A DNA stretch of 62,749 bases, counting the filler, from a bacterium (GTDB lineage: Bacteria > JALSQH01): NCBI GenBank assembly GCA_026985515.1. It is 7 parts of 7 records of this genome, joined end to end, with 100 filler letters (N's around TTAATTAATTAA, not from the genome) between each part and the next. Parts side by side here need not be neighbours in the genome. Positions count along the whole stretch, not along the records: positions 5,536 to 10,855 come from JALSQH010000016.1; positions 10,956 to 30,561 come from JALSQH010000017.1; 5 more parts are not named here. One strand, written 5' to 3'. The number at the start of each line of letters is the position of its first letter. Positions within the stretch are counted from its first letter, which is position 1. Shown here one piece after another: positions 9,988-19,963 of this stretch. The notes under the pieces are model-generated. The model did not search any database, was not told the origin of the DNA, and saw only the letters and a program-made list of their open reading frames with translations. Both the position numbers and the translations under genes were made by a program.

Positions 9988-10581
9988 ATGAAGAGATTGA
10001 AAAGAGAAGAAAGAAGGAAGAGGATCCTTGACAGTGCCATCAGGGTTTTTGCCAGAAAAAATTATCAGGCTGCCACGACTGCTGAGATTGCAAAGGAGGC
10101 AGGAGTTTCCGAGGCCCTTATATATCAGCATTTTAAAAGCAAGAAAGAACTTTTTATTGCGAGCATTGAAGAGACAAGTTCTTTCTTCATTGAAAATCTG
10201 AAGCAGATTTTGAAAAGGTATTCCTCAGATCCGGTGGAGGGATTCAGAAGTGTTTACCGTTTTTACTACAATTACCTGAAGAGGGATCCCACCCTTGCAA
10301 AGATGAGCCTGATGATTATAGCTGAGGCTGATGATCCTGAAATTAAAGAAGCACTGAGAACATATCTCCAGAAAGCTGTTTCAATTCTTGCAAAGGCTAT
10401 AAGAAATGCACAGAATAAGGGGCTTATCGTCAGTACCTTCAATCCCGAGGCTATGGCATGGTTGCTTGTTGGAAACTACAATCTCCTCGCCCTCCTCAAA
10501 CTTATAGATGCTCTGGATACCTTTGACGAGGAATCTGTAATCAGAATGGTGGAACCTTTTGTTACGGTTACTAAGAAGTAA
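9988..10581 (+). CDS. TetR/AcrR-family regulator
   Basis: N-terminal HTH TTAEIAKEAGVSEALIYQHFKSKKELF. Confidence 0.92.
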   Translation: MKRLKREERRKRILDSAIRVFARKNYQAATTAEIAKEAGVSEALIYQHFKSKKELFIASIEETSSFFIENLKQILKRYSSDPVEGFRSVYRFYYNYLKRDPTLAKMSLMIIAEADDPEIKEALRTYLQKAVSILAKAIRNAQNKGLIVSTFNPEAMAWLLVGNYNLLALLKLIDALDTFDEESVIRMVEPFVTVTKK

Positions 10582-10855
10582 GCTCTTTTCCGTATCTTTC
10601 TTTTAGAAATCTCTTGAGGATCTTCCCCGTGGGACCATAGGGCATCTCACCCTTCTTTATTATTTTTATTTTCCTCGGTGCCTTGTAGGGAGCAATGTTT
10701 TCCTTCGCCCATTTTACCAGTTCTTCCTCGGTAATATTCTCACCATCCCTCAATGTGACAACAGCGACGGGTATTTCCTTTTTTGTGGGATGTGGTACAC
10801 CAAAGACAGCTGCCTCAAATATGGCAGGATGCCTCAGCAATTCTGCCTCAACCTC
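10571..10855 (-). CDS. Acyl-CoA synthetase / AMP-binding enzyme, C-terminal fragment
   Basis: HPAIFEAAVFGVPH, YKAPR, TGKILKR; 5' end cut by spacer. Confidence 0.85.
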   Translation of the reverse strand, partial: EVEAELLRHPAIFEAAVFGVPHPTKKEIPVAVVTLRDGENITEEELVKWAKENIAPYKAPRKIKIIKKGEMPYGPTGKILKRFLKERYGKELTS

Positions 10856-10955
10856 NNNNNNNNNNNNNNNNNNNNNNNNNNNNNNNNNNNNNNNNNNNNT
10901 TAATTAATTAANNNNNNNNNNNNNNNNNNNNNNNNNNNNNNNNNNNNNNNNNNNN
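10856..10955. other. Artificial contig spacer
   Basis: N44-TTAATTAATTAA-N44. Confidence 0.98.
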
Positions 10956-11341
10956 GGGCAACCTATGAAAAAGATATACTTCTTGTAATGGTGGAAAACA
11001 GGAAAGAACTTTTTAAAATCAAGCCCGCATTCAGAGTGATAAAGATAGAAGATGGTGAAGATAAACTGGATCTTCTTGGAAAGGTCAAGACTGAGGAAGA
11101 AATGGTGAAAATGGGTCTTGATCTCTATATGGATACTGCCCTTTACAAAGATGAGGTTGCCTATAAGTTAGAGCCAGGTGTTCTGGGTGAAGTTATGGAA
11201 GAGGAAAAAATGGAGGAGGATGACAGAGAAAAAACCCAGACTCTTCTTGAAAAAAGCAAGGACAGGGATAAACTGAAAGAGCAGAAAAGTGAAGACCTGA
11301 TGAAACAGCTGGGCAATTATATCAGCAAACTCATTGATTAA
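10956..11341 (+). CDS. Hypothetical protein (5' partial)
   Basis: Frame open from the contig edge, codon usage like neighbours; resembles from memory a conserved myxobacterial hypothetical protein (LxGKVKT...YMD). Confidence 0.65.
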
Positions 11342-11364
11342 CTGCTACAGGAACAATTTCACAT

Positions 11365-12114
11365 ATGAGAATAGCCCTTATAAGTGATATTCACGCAAAT
11401 CTTGAAGCCCTCAGAGAAGTTGCTGCTGCTATTCAGAAGGAAAAACCTGATATCATCATTCACCTTGGAGATGTGGTGGGATATGGTGCAGACCCCCTTG
11501 AATGCTGCAGGTGGGTGAAAGAACACTGCCAGGTTTCCCTTCTGGGAAATCACGATGCTGTAATTGTGGGAAAAATGGATACTTCCTATTTTTCTGCACA
11601 TGCAAGAATCGCCATAGAATGGACTGCCAGACAAATTGATATTGAATGCAAAACATGGCTGGAAAGTCTTCCTTACACTTACATGATTGATGAATTTCTC
11701 TTCAGTCATGGCTCTCCCATCAATCCTGATCAGTTTGATTATGTTCTTGACTATGACACCGCAGAGGAGATATTCAGATTTATGGTGAAAAACAATGTAA
11801 AGATTGTTTTTGTTGGTCATTCTCACAAGGCTTTTCTCCTTGAAAAGAAAGAGGGTGAGATTCATCTTGTTGATCTTAACGGCAATGATGTATCGGAGTT
11901 CCATTTTGATGAAGAGAATCTTTACATTGTAAGTGTGGGAAGCGTTGGTCAGCCAAGGGATTTTGATCCGAGAGCCTATTACGCAATTTTTGATACAGAG
12001 AAAAAATACATTGTTGCCAAAAGAGTTGTTTATGATATAAAAGGAGCCGCAGATAAAATCAGGGATGCAGGGCTGCCGGAAGTTCTTGCAGACAGGCTTT
12101 ATATGGGAAGGTAA
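11365..12114 (+). CDS. Calcineurin-like metallophosphoesterase
   Basis: SDIHAN, GDVVGYG, GNHD, HGS, GHSH, GSVGQPRD. Confidence 0.92.
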   Translation: MRIALISDIHANLEALREVAAAIQKEKPDIIIHLGDVVGYGADPLECCRWVKEHCQVSLLGNHDAVIVGKMDTSYFSAHARIAIEWTARQIDIECKTWLESLPYTYMIDEFLFSHGSPINPDQFDYVLDYDTAEEIFRFMVKNNVKIVFVGHSHKAFLLEKKEGEIHLVDLNGNDVSEFHFDEENLYIVSVGSVGQPRDFDPRAYYAIFDTEKKYIVAKRVVYDIKGAADKIRDAGLPEVLADRLYMGR

Positions 12115-12935
12115 TGAGTGTAGTATCAGATGGTACCCTTTATATCATCTCAGATGCCACGGGTGAAACTGCCCAGAAAGTTGCAGTTGCAGCATTAATT
12201 CAATTTCCAAATAAGGTTCTGAGGATCAAAAGATTTCCGTACATTAAGAGCATTCAGGAAGTTGACAGAATTTTTGGTGAAATAGAACCTCCAGGATTAA
12301 TCATTTTTACAGTTGTTAACGAAGTGATAAAATCTGAAATCATATATCAGGCTATAAAGAAACAGATCCCTTTTGTGGATGTGCTTGGACCTGTTCTCGA
12401 GGCAATGGAAAAATTCTTTAATGAAGCTCCAGAGTCGGTGGCAGGTACTCTGCACAGGGTTAATGATGAGTATTTCAAAAGAATTGACGCCATTGAGTTC
12501 ACTGTTCAGCATGATGATGGAGCAAAAACAGACGATCTCGACAAGGCTGACATCATTCTGGTGGGGGTGTCCAGAACCTCAAAAACTCCTCTGAGTATTT
12601 ACCTTGCACATCAGGGATTTAAAGTGGCCAATATACCTATTGTTTATGGAAATGAGGTATTGATGGAAAGACAGGAAAAATTTTTTGAGAAGATCTCGAA
12701 TCTGAAAGTTGTTGGTCTGATCATTGACCCCATGTTGTTGCAGCGTATAAGAGAAGAAAGAGCAAAAAAGATTGGATTATCTGACTCCTCATATTATGAC
12801 CTCACAGAGGTCAGAAGAGAAATAACTTACGCCCGGAGGCTTTTTCAAAAATTTGGATGGCCGGTTGTAAATGTATCCAGGAAGGCGGTAGAGGAAGTGG
12901 CCACTGAAATTCTTACAATTCTGGGGCTAATATGA
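12114..12935 (+). CDS. ppsR: PEP synthase / pyruvate phosphate dikinase regulatory protein (kinase-pyrophosphorylase)
   Basis: ISDATGET, HDDG, GVSRTSKTP, KAVEEVA. Confidence 0.92.
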   Translation: MSVVSDGTLYIISDATGETAQKVAVAALIQFPNKVLRIKRFPYIKSIQEVDRIFGEIEPPGLIIFTVVNEVIKSEIIYQAIKKQIPFVDVLGPVLEAMEKFFNEAPESVAGTLHRVNDEYFKRIDAIEFTVQHDDGAKTDDLDKADIILVGVSRTSKTPLSIYLAHQGFKVANIPIVYGNEVLMERQEKFFEKISNLKVVGLIIDPMLLQRIREERAKKIGLSDSSYYDLTEVRREITYARRLFQKFGWPVVNVSRKAVEEVATEILTILGLI

Positions 12936-13651
12936 TACTTGAAAACTACTTCAGATTTGTCCTTGTCAGACCAAGAAATTCAGGAAATGTGGGCTCTGCA
13001 CTGAGAGTAATGGCGAATTTTGGTTTGAGGGATCTGGCAGTGGTAAAGATGTGGCATTATGATGAAGAAGAGGCAAGTCTCATGGCGGCATCTGCTTCCA
13101 TTCTGCTTGATCAGATCAAATTTTTCGATGATCTAAAAGAGGCTATTTCTGACAGAACAGTTGTATTTGGAACAACTGCGAGACGAAGGGGAAAGGCTCA
13201 GAGGATGACAATTGATTCTTTTAAAAATTTCATAAAAGAAAACCCCGGAGAAAAATATGCCATCCTGTTTGGTTCTGAAAAGACAGGTTTAACATCCGAG
13301 GAACTGGCGCTGTGTGATTATTACATCACAATAGACACAGACCAGGAGTTCAGATCACTGAATCTGGCACAATCTGTGGGAATAATTGCATATGAGATAA
13401 GAAGAACTTTTGTGAAAGAGCCTGAAATAACTCCACCAAGAAGAATCAGCCGAAACACTGTAGAAAAAATAGTGGACTATATTTCAAAAGTATGTGAGAT
13501 AACTTCTGCCCCTGAAAATGGAAAAAATAATAGCATAAGGGCAACGAGGGGAATCCTGGGAAGAGGAAATGTTACAGAAAAAGAAGGGAAAATACTCCTC
13601 TGGCTCATGAGACATATCTGGTGGTATATATCAAATTTCTGTGGGAAGTAG
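12932..13651 (+). CDS. trmJ: SPOUT tRNA/rRNA methyltransferase, TrmJ family
   Basis: NSGNVGS..RVMANFG, GTTAR, FGSEKTGL, SLNLAQSV. Confidence 0.85.
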   Translation: MILENYFRFVLVRPRNSGNVGSALRVMANFGLRDLAVVKMWHYDEEEASLMAASASILLDQIKFFDDLKEAISDRTVVFGTTARRRGKAQRMTIDSFKNFIKENPGEKYAILFGSEKTGLTSEELALCDYYITIDTDQEFRSLNLAQSVGIIAYEIRRTFVKEPEITPPRRISRNTVEKIVDYISKVCEITSAPENGKNNSIRATRGILGRGNVTEKEGKILLWLMRHIWWYISNFCGK

Positions 13652-13656
13652 GTACC

Positions 13657-13685
13657 TTGCAAACTTGATTTTTTTGGACTAAACT
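13657..13685 (+). promoter_or_regulatory. Probable sigma70 promoter of the S8 protease unit
   Basis: TTGCAA-17-TAAACT upstream of SD GAGGAGG and ATG 13716. Confidence 0.45.
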
Positions 13686-13715
13686 CTATCCAAATCAAAG
13701 TGAGGAGGATGTTCA

Positions 13716-16700
13716 ATGAAAAGGCTGTTGTGGACTATGGTTTTACTGTTGTTTTCCACTCAACTATTTGCGAGAGTTCCTTCAAATTTTCCGGATGAGC
13801 ACAGACCACCCAATGACCTGCATGGTAAGTGGAACTACATAAGTTACATACCACCGGAAGCAACACATATACGCGCTTCTGAAAGGGCCATGGGATCAGG
13901 ATTGTGGGCAGACAAAGCCTGGACAATTACCACAGGTAACTTTAACATTATCATCGCTGTTCTCGACTCCGGAATAAAGTGGGATGAAGAAGATCTGATA
14001 AGAAAAATATACCTTAACAGAGGAGAATTAAATGGCAACAAACGTCCCGAATTTGATTACAGTTTCTTTGTTACATCAGATAGATACAATGCCTGGTACT
14101 GCAGGGGCTTTACCGAAGTAACTCCCAATGATGGTTACGACTTGAATGGCGATGGAATTTTTAACATTGAAGACTACTGTGCCGATCCAAGGGTAAAAAT
14201 GGATGCTGGTGATGATCCTGCAGATAATATCCTTGATCCAAGCGACCTGATACACACTTTCAGTGATGGAATAGACGATGATGGAAATGGATATGTGGAT
14301 GACATAGCGGGATGGGATATGTTCTGGAACGACAATGATCCTTACGATGATACCAGGTTCGGACATGGAACAGGCGAGGCCAAAGATTCAGGGGCTGAAG
14401 GAGATAATGGAATTGGAGGTATAGGTTCCTGTCCCGATTGCGCTATCCTGCCAGTCAGGGTGAGCGACAGCTTCATTGCTGATGTAAATAACTTCGCAGA
14501 AGGTGTAATTTTTGCAGTTGATTCAGGGGCAAGGGTTATTCAGGAAGCTCTTGGCAGCATAAATTTCAACAGGTTTGCACAGGATGCAATTAACTATGCC
14601 TATGATAACGGAGCAGTTGTTGTGGCATCAGCTGCCGATGAAGATAGTTATCATCACAATTATCCCGCATCTGGAGAGAGAACCCTTCATGTAAATGCGA
14701 TAAGATATGATGGTGATTCTATAGCTGACTCAACCACTTTCCTTGCCTTTGCAAACTGCACAAATTACGGTGTTAAAATCATGGTCTCCGCCCCAAGCAC
14801 TTCCTGCTCCTCAGGTGCAACTGGCATCTTAAGTGGAGTTGTTGGACTTATCTATTCAATAGGATATGAGAAAAATCTTGATCCACCTCTTTCTGCAGAA
14901 GAGGTTCTTCAAATTGTAAAGATGAGTGCAGATGATGTTTATATTCCAGAATCACTTAACAGCAGAGTCCTTTATCCCCACCAAAAGGGGTGGGATAGAT
15001 TTACCGGTTACGGCAGAGTTAATGCCTACAAAGCTGTAAAAATGGTGGAAGAGGGGAGGATTCCTCCCGAAGTGAGGATTGATTCCCCAATATGGTGGCA
15101 GAACATTGATCCAGTAAAAACACCTGTTTTAAAGGTAAAGGGATATGTAAATGCAAGGAGAAGCAGTGGCTTTTCCTACATTGTAAAAGTTGGATTTGGC
15201 CTTGATCCGCAGAAATTTACAACTGTTGTGGAAAAGGATAATCTAAACCAGCCTGTTGAGGGAACACTTGCAGAGATCAATCTCAGAAATATACCCATTA
15301 ATCCGGAAAAACCGCTACCTCAAACAGGTTTTGCCCTTGAAGATATATGGAAGAAAACAAATCAGTATGCAATGACCATTATTGTCACTGCAATTGATCA
15401 TGAAGGCAACAGAGGAGAGTCAAGAAAGACTGTTTACATAGTGAGAGACAGAGATCTTCTGCATGGTTTCCCCATCTACTTTGGTTCCTCTGGTGACTCT
15501 GCACTGAACATAAGCGACATTGATAACGACGGAAAAATGGAAATTATAATGGCTCTCTCTGATGGCTCAATTCATGCAGTAAAGTATGATGGTACAGAAG
15601 CTGATGGATTCCCCGTTTATGTAAATATCCTTGAAGGTCTGGATGAAGATTCACCCCTTCCAAAACAACATCTGAATTCAAAAGCTTATAAAACAAAACT
15701 TAAACCTGAATATCATTCTTCAATACTGAGCTCCCCGGCAGTGGGAGATCTTGATGGTGATGGTAACAAGGAGATTGTGGTTGCAACTCTTGATGGTAAG
15801 ATATTTGCTTTTGATAACAAGGGAGAGTTACTCAGTGGTTTCCCTGTCTCCATGAATCCAAATTTCTATGCGCATACAGACCCTATTGAAGTGCTTGATC
15901 ATGGTTTTTTTGCAAGTCCCGCTTTAGCTGATCTTGATGGTGATGGAACTCTTGAAATTATTGCGGCAGGAATGGATGGATACCTCTATGCCTGGCATTA
16001 CGATGGCACACCCGTAGATGGTTTTCCTGTTGAACTTGTTGACAAATCGTACTCCGATGATACTGCCTGTATTCCCGGATCATATGTTAATCTGGGGAAT
16101 GGAAATAATCCTCCACAAAAATGCATCGAAAATGGGAATGCACGGATGAGAATTGTTGCTTCTCCTTCTGTTGGAGACATTGATGGTGACGGATTTCCTG
16201 AAATTGTGGTGGCAACAGAGGAGAGTTACGCAAAGGGTCATCTTCCAAATGAGGATTACATTTACAGCAGCAGAGTATATGCTGTTAACAGATTTGGAGA
16301 GATAATGCCTGGATGGCCTGTGCATGTTTCCACAATAAATGTCCTTCCATACATAGGAAGAGGTATTCCAGATGCACCTGTTCTTGCTGATTTTAACGGT
16401 GATGGAAAACTTGATATAGTGGTTCTCACTGTGGGAAGCGGGTTTCTTCCAGCTTTTATCTTCAACTGGAAAGGTGAAAAGATAAGGCATTTTAGAAGCG
16501 GGAATTATGATCCATCATATCCAGGTGAGGGTAAACCTTTTTCAGTGGTTCTTCTCAATAATCCATCCCTTGCAGATCTCAATATGGATGGAGTTCCAGA
16601 TATCATTGATGGTGGAATAAGCAGTGAAATTCTTGCGAGACTGGGGATAGGAGCCAAAAGAATAGATGCTGATCATCAGGTAATAGCCTGGGATGGAAGG

Positions 16701-17231
16701 ACTGGAAAAATAATGCCCTTCTTCCCCAAGATCATTGAAGACTGGCAGTTCTTTGGAAATTACTCAGTGGCTGATATTGATAATGATGGTGAACCCGAAA
16801 TTCTGGCTGGTTCAGGCGGAAATATTGTGCATGCTTACAAGGTCTCTTCATGGAAGGAGGCTGAAGGATGGCCAAAGTTTACAGGGCAGTGGATAATTAC
16901 CGCTCCTGTTGTGGGTGATATTGATGGTGATGGATATCTGGAAGTGGCTGTTAATACAAGAAAGGGGTTCCTTTATGTATGGAAAACAAAGGGCGTGGCT
17001 TCAAGAAATGGGAAAACCACGATTCAGTGGCAGAGTTTCCAGCATGACGAAATGAACACCGGGAACTATACCACTCCAATTGCTGTTCAGAAAGGTCCAT
17101 CAGTAGTGAAAGAAAAGACAGCAGGATGCTCCTGTCAGGTGGGCTCTGGAACAGATGATGCAGGAACTCTGTTATTCTCTATAATGATAGTAGCCCTCTT
17201 TATTTTTGCTACAAGAAGAAAATATGCTTAA
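13716..17231 (+). CDS. Secreted S8 (subtilase) peptidase with FG-GAP/VCBS repeats and MYXO-CTERM-like anchor
   Basis: Signal peptide, AVLDSG, FGHGT, variant TSCSSGAT, many DxDxDG repeats, C-terminal GCSCQVG + TM helix + RRK. Confidence 0.82.
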   Translation: MKRLLWTMVLLLFSTQLFARVPSNFPDEHRPPNDLHGKWNYISYIPPEATHIRASERAMGSGLWADKAWTITTGNFNIIIAVLDSGIKWDEEDLIRKIYLNRGELNGNKRPEFDYSFFVTSDRYNAWYCRGFTEVTPNDGYDLNGDGIFNIEDYCADPRVKMDAGDDPADNILDPSDLIHTFSDGIDDDGNGYVDDIAGWDMFWNDNDPYDDTRFGHGTGEAKDSGAEGDNGIGGIGSCPDCAILPVRVSDSFIADVNNFAEGVIFAVDSGARVIQEALGSINFNRFAQDAINYAYDNGAVVVASAADEDSYHHNYPASGERTLHVNAIRYDGDSIADSTTFLAFANCTNYGVKIMVSAPSTSCSSGATGILSGVVGLIYSIGYEKNLDPPLSAEEVLQIVKMSADDVYIPESLNSRVLYPHQKGWDRFTGYGRVNAYKAVKMVEEGRIPPEVRIDSPIWWQNIDPVKTPVLKVKGYVNARRSSGFSYIVKVGFGLDPQKFTTVVEKDNLNQPVEGTLAEINLRNIPINPEKPLPQTGFALEDIWKKTNQYAMTIIVTAIDHEGNRGESRKTVYIVRDRDLLHGFPIYFGSSGDSALNISDIDNDGKMEIIMALSDGSIHAVKYDGTEADGFPVYVNILEGLDEDSPLPKQHLNSKAYKTKLKPEYHSSILSSPAVGDLDGDGNKEIVVATLDGKIFAFDNKGELLSGFPVSMNPNFYAHTDPIEVLDHGFFASPALADLDGDGTLEIIAAGMDGYLYAWHYDGTPVDGFPVELVDKSYSDDTACIPGSYVNLGNGNNPPQKCIENGNARMRIVASPSVGDIDGDGFPEIVVATEESYAKGHLPNEDYIYSSRVYAVNRFGEIMPGWPVHVSTINVLPYIGRGIPDAPVLADFNGDGKLDIVVLTVGSGFLPAFIFNWKGEKIRHFRSGNYDPSYPGEGKPFSVVLLNNPSLADLNMDGVPDIIDGGISSEILARLGIGAKRIDADHQVIAWDGRTGKIMPFFPKIIEDWQFFGNYSVADIDNDGEPEILAGSGGNIVHAYKVSSWKEAEGWPKFTGQWIITAPVVGDIDGDGYLEVAVNTRKGFLYVWKTKGVASRNGKTTIQWQSFQHDEMNTGNYTTPIAVQKGPSVVKEKTAGCSCQVGSGTDDAGTLLFSIMIVALFIFATRRKYA

Positions 17232-17478
17232 ACTTATTTTTACTGTTCTGGTGATTTACCTGCTGTACAGATATTACAAAAGAACTCTACCGGAAGGTGC
17301 AGGAGGACAGAAGGGTGGAGAAAAGGTCAGAGATATCCTTGTCAGGGATCCCAACTGTGGAAAATTTATACCAAAAGAGAGAGCAGTGAGGGTGGAATTT
17401 GATGGCAAAATATACTATTTCTGCAGTCTGGAGTGTGCTGTTGAATATGAGAAGAAGATTAAGGAACACAGTAATTAG
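17224..17478 (+). CDS. Small membrane protein with YHS/TRASH domain
   Basis: N-terminal TM helix, RDPNCG and YYFCSLEC. Confidence 0.8.
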   Translation: MLKLIFTVLVIYLLYRYYKRTLPEGAGGQKGGEKVRDILVRDPNCGKFIPKERAVRVEFDGKIYYFCSLECAVEYEKKIKEHSN

Positions 17479-18118
17479 CTTCATATTTGTGGTAACGGCG
17501 GTCAATCTTTTTGCAACTGAAAGTGGGATACCCGGTTTACCCCTGGGAAATATGGAATTTTCGGCAGGTAGTGGCTTCGGTTATATTTACCGTCCCCTTC
17601 AGAATCCAGATAATTATGTTGATGCCATAAGCAGCTTTCAGATGATACTTAAAGGCGGAATGGGCATAACTGATTATATCAATATCTTCATATTCGGTGG
17701 ACTCAACGACGCAAGAAAAAAAATAGGCAATTTCAGAGGAGTTCTTTCCCCTTTTTATGGCTTGAGTCTGAGGTTAATTCCACTTAATGAAAACTTTACC
17801 TTTATAAATCTTGCCTTCGAAGTTGCTGCCGAGTATTCAAAAATTTCCGGAAGTGAGGCCAATCTCTACTGGACGAAGATTGATGCAAAACTCTCTGTGA
17901 GCAAACTCTTTTCAGAGATTTTTGGATTTTACGGCGGTGTTAAATATTCCTACCATTTTATAAAACTTTCATCTCTAAGTGAAAGAAGCAGATCAGTAAC
18001 CCCGTGGGGTATATTCATAGGAATGGATTACTTTGTTACTCCTTACATCTTTTTTGAAGCGGAAATGCATAATTTTGACCAGGACGCCCTCTTTTTGATG
18101 GTTGGATCAAAATTTTAA
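17447..18118 (+). CDS. Putative outer-membrane beta-barrel protein
   Basis: Signal peptide, alternating aromatic/Gly strands, terminal Phe. Confidence 0.6.
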   Translation: MRRRLRNTVISFIFVVTAVNLFATESGIPGLPLGNMEFSAGSGFGYIYRPLQNPDNYVDAISSFQMILKGGMGITDYINIFIFGGLNDARKKIGNFRGVLSPFYGLSLRLIPLNENFTFINLAFEVAAEYSKISGSEANLYWTKIDAKLSVSKLFSEIFGFYGGVKYSYHFIKLSSLSERSRSVTPWGIFIGMDYFVTPYIFFEAEMHNFDQDALFLMVGSKF

Positions 18119-18129
18119 GGAGGTGAAGT

Positions 18130-18777
18130 ATGAAGTTTTTTATTGATACAGCAGATATCGAAGAAATCAAAAGCGCCCTTGAAATGGGTCTCGTTGATGG
18201 TGTTACCACCAATCCGACCCTTATATCCCGGACGGGGAAACCATTTAAAACAGTTGTTAAGGAGATCCTGGAAGTTGTTGATGGTCCCGTCAGTCTGGAA
18301 GTTGTCAGTCTGGATGCAGAGGGAATGGTGAAAGAGGCGAGGGAACTGGCAAAGTTAGGTGAAAATGTTGTGATCAAGATTCCCATGACCATCGAAGGTA
18401 TGAAGGCTGTGAAAATACTTTCTCAGGAAGGAATAAAAACTAATGTTACCCTTGTATTTTCGCCTCTTCAGGCTCTTCTTGCGGCAAAGGCTGGAGCTAC
18501 ATATGTGAGTCCATTTGTGGGAAGACTGGATGACATTTCTTCAGATGGAATGAATCTGGTCTTTCAGATAATAGATATTTATGCAAATTACAATTTCGAA
18601 ACAGAAATCATAGTGGCAAGTATACGACATCCTATGCATGTACTTGAAGCTGCTCTCCTGGGAGCTGACATTGCAACAATACCTTTTAAGGTGATAAAGC
18701 AACTTGCTTCCCATCCACTGACAGACCGTGGAATTGAAAAGTTTTTAGAAGACTGGAAGAAAGTTCCCAGGGAATAG
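18130..18777 (+). CDS. fsa: Transaldolase / fructose-6-phosphate aldolase family (TalC type)
   Basis: [36 protein letters not shown]. Confidence 0.93.
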   Translation: MKFFIDTADIEEIKSALEMGLVDGVTTNPTLISRTGKPFKTVVKEILEVVDGPVSLEVVSLDAEGMVKEARELAKLGENVVIKIPMTIEGMKAVKILSQEGIKTNVTLVFSPLQALLAAKAGATYVSPFVGRLDDISSDGMNLVFQIIDIYANYNFETEIIVASIRHPMHVLEAALLGADIATIPFKVIKQLASHPLTDRGIEKFLEDWKKVPRE

Positions 18778-18778
18778 T

Positions 18779-19963
18779 TCAGAACACTTTTATGACCATG
18801 CCTTTTAAATATTCACCTTCCGGGTGATACAGGTTTATTGTGTGATCTGGCGGCTGTCCAAGACGTTTTATGATATAACCTTCCCTTGAAGTATCTTTTA
18901 GTGCAGAAAAAACTATTTTTTGAAACAGAGTTGCATCAACATGATTTGAACAGGAAAAGGTAAACAGAAGTCCCCCACTTTTTAATATCTTTATGGCATT
19001 CATGTTTATGTCTTTGTAGCCCCTTGTTGCGTTTTTTACACTGCTCAGGGTTTTGGCAAAGGCGGGTGGGTCAAGCACAACTACATCATACCTTTTACCA
19101 CGGGAGAATTCATCACGAAGAAATTGAAAAACATCCGCTCTTATAAAATCATCCAATACTGGCTCAAATCCATTGAGTTTATAATTTTCCATGGAAAGTT
19201 TTAGAGCTTCTCTGGATATCTCCACATTGGTTACCTTTGCACCCCTGAGAAGTGCAGGGATTGAAAATCCTCCAGTGTATGAAAAAGTGTTGAGAATCTT
19301 CATTTCCCTCTCTGCAATATCAAACAGAAATTTTCTGTTATCCCTCTGATCGAGGAAAAAGCCTGTTTTCTGTCCATTTATCAGGTCAGCATAGAATTTC
19401 CATTCCCACTCTTTAATGAGAACCCTCTCAGGTACTTCACCATATACAACTTCTTTTACAAGGGGTAGACCTTCCACTTTCCTGGTCTCAACGTCATTTT
19501 TCTCCAGTATGCCCCGGGGATTCAGAACATCTTTTAAAATCTGAATAATCTCATCTTTAAAATACTCCATCCCGGCCGATCTTATCTGGAAAACCACATA
19601 GCCATTGTAATAATCGATGATAAGACCTGGTAAAAAATCGCCTTCACTGTTAATAACCCTGAAAGCATCTGTTACTTTCTGAAGAAATCTCTTTTTCCAT
19701 TCAAAAGATCTTCTTATTCTCCCTTTTATTAAATCAGGGCCTGGAATTACTTTCTCTTCGAAGGAAATGACCCTGATTCTCAGGGACGATTTTTCACTTA
19801 AAAGACCCCATGCCAGGAAATTTTTTCCACTATCAACTACTCTTACGACAGGGGTATCATTGTTTTTTTCAATCCTTGATATTGCACCGGAGAAGATCCA
19901 TGGATGGTGGTTTTTTATGGATTTTTCTCTGCCCTTCCTGATGAAGGCGATGTTATTCTTCAT
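18779..19963 (-). CDS. rlmI: 23S rRNA m5C1962 methyltransferase RlmI-like
   Basis: PUA HPWIFSG, SEGDFLPGL, GQKTGFFLDQRDNR, LDPPAF, EGEYLK. Confidence 0.88.
   Translation of the reverse strand: MKNNIAFIRKGREKSIKNHHPWIFSGAISRIEKNNDTPVVRVVDSGKNFLAWGLLSEKSSLRIRVISFEEKVIPGPDLIKGRIRRSFEWKKRFLQKVTDAFRVINSEGDFLPGLIIDYYNGYVVFQIRSAGMEYFKDEIIQILKDVLNPRGILEKNDVETRKVEGLPLVKEVVYGEVPERVLIKEWEWKFYADLINGQKTGFFLDQRDNRKFLFDIAEREMKILNTFSYTGGFSIPALLRGAKVTNVEISREALKLSMENYKLNGFEPVLDDFIRADVFQFLRDEFSRGKRYDVVVLDPPAFAKTLSSVKNATRGYKDINMNAIKILKSGGLLFTFSCSNHVDATLFQKIVFSALKDTSREGYIIKRLGQPPDHTINLYHPEGEYLKGMVIKVF

Noticed and set aside
15500-16950. Recurring GATGGTGATGG-like DNA repeats, possible CRISPR or tandem repeat
   Set aside because: They encode FG-GAP DxDGDG protein motifs, are degenerate and irregularly spaced
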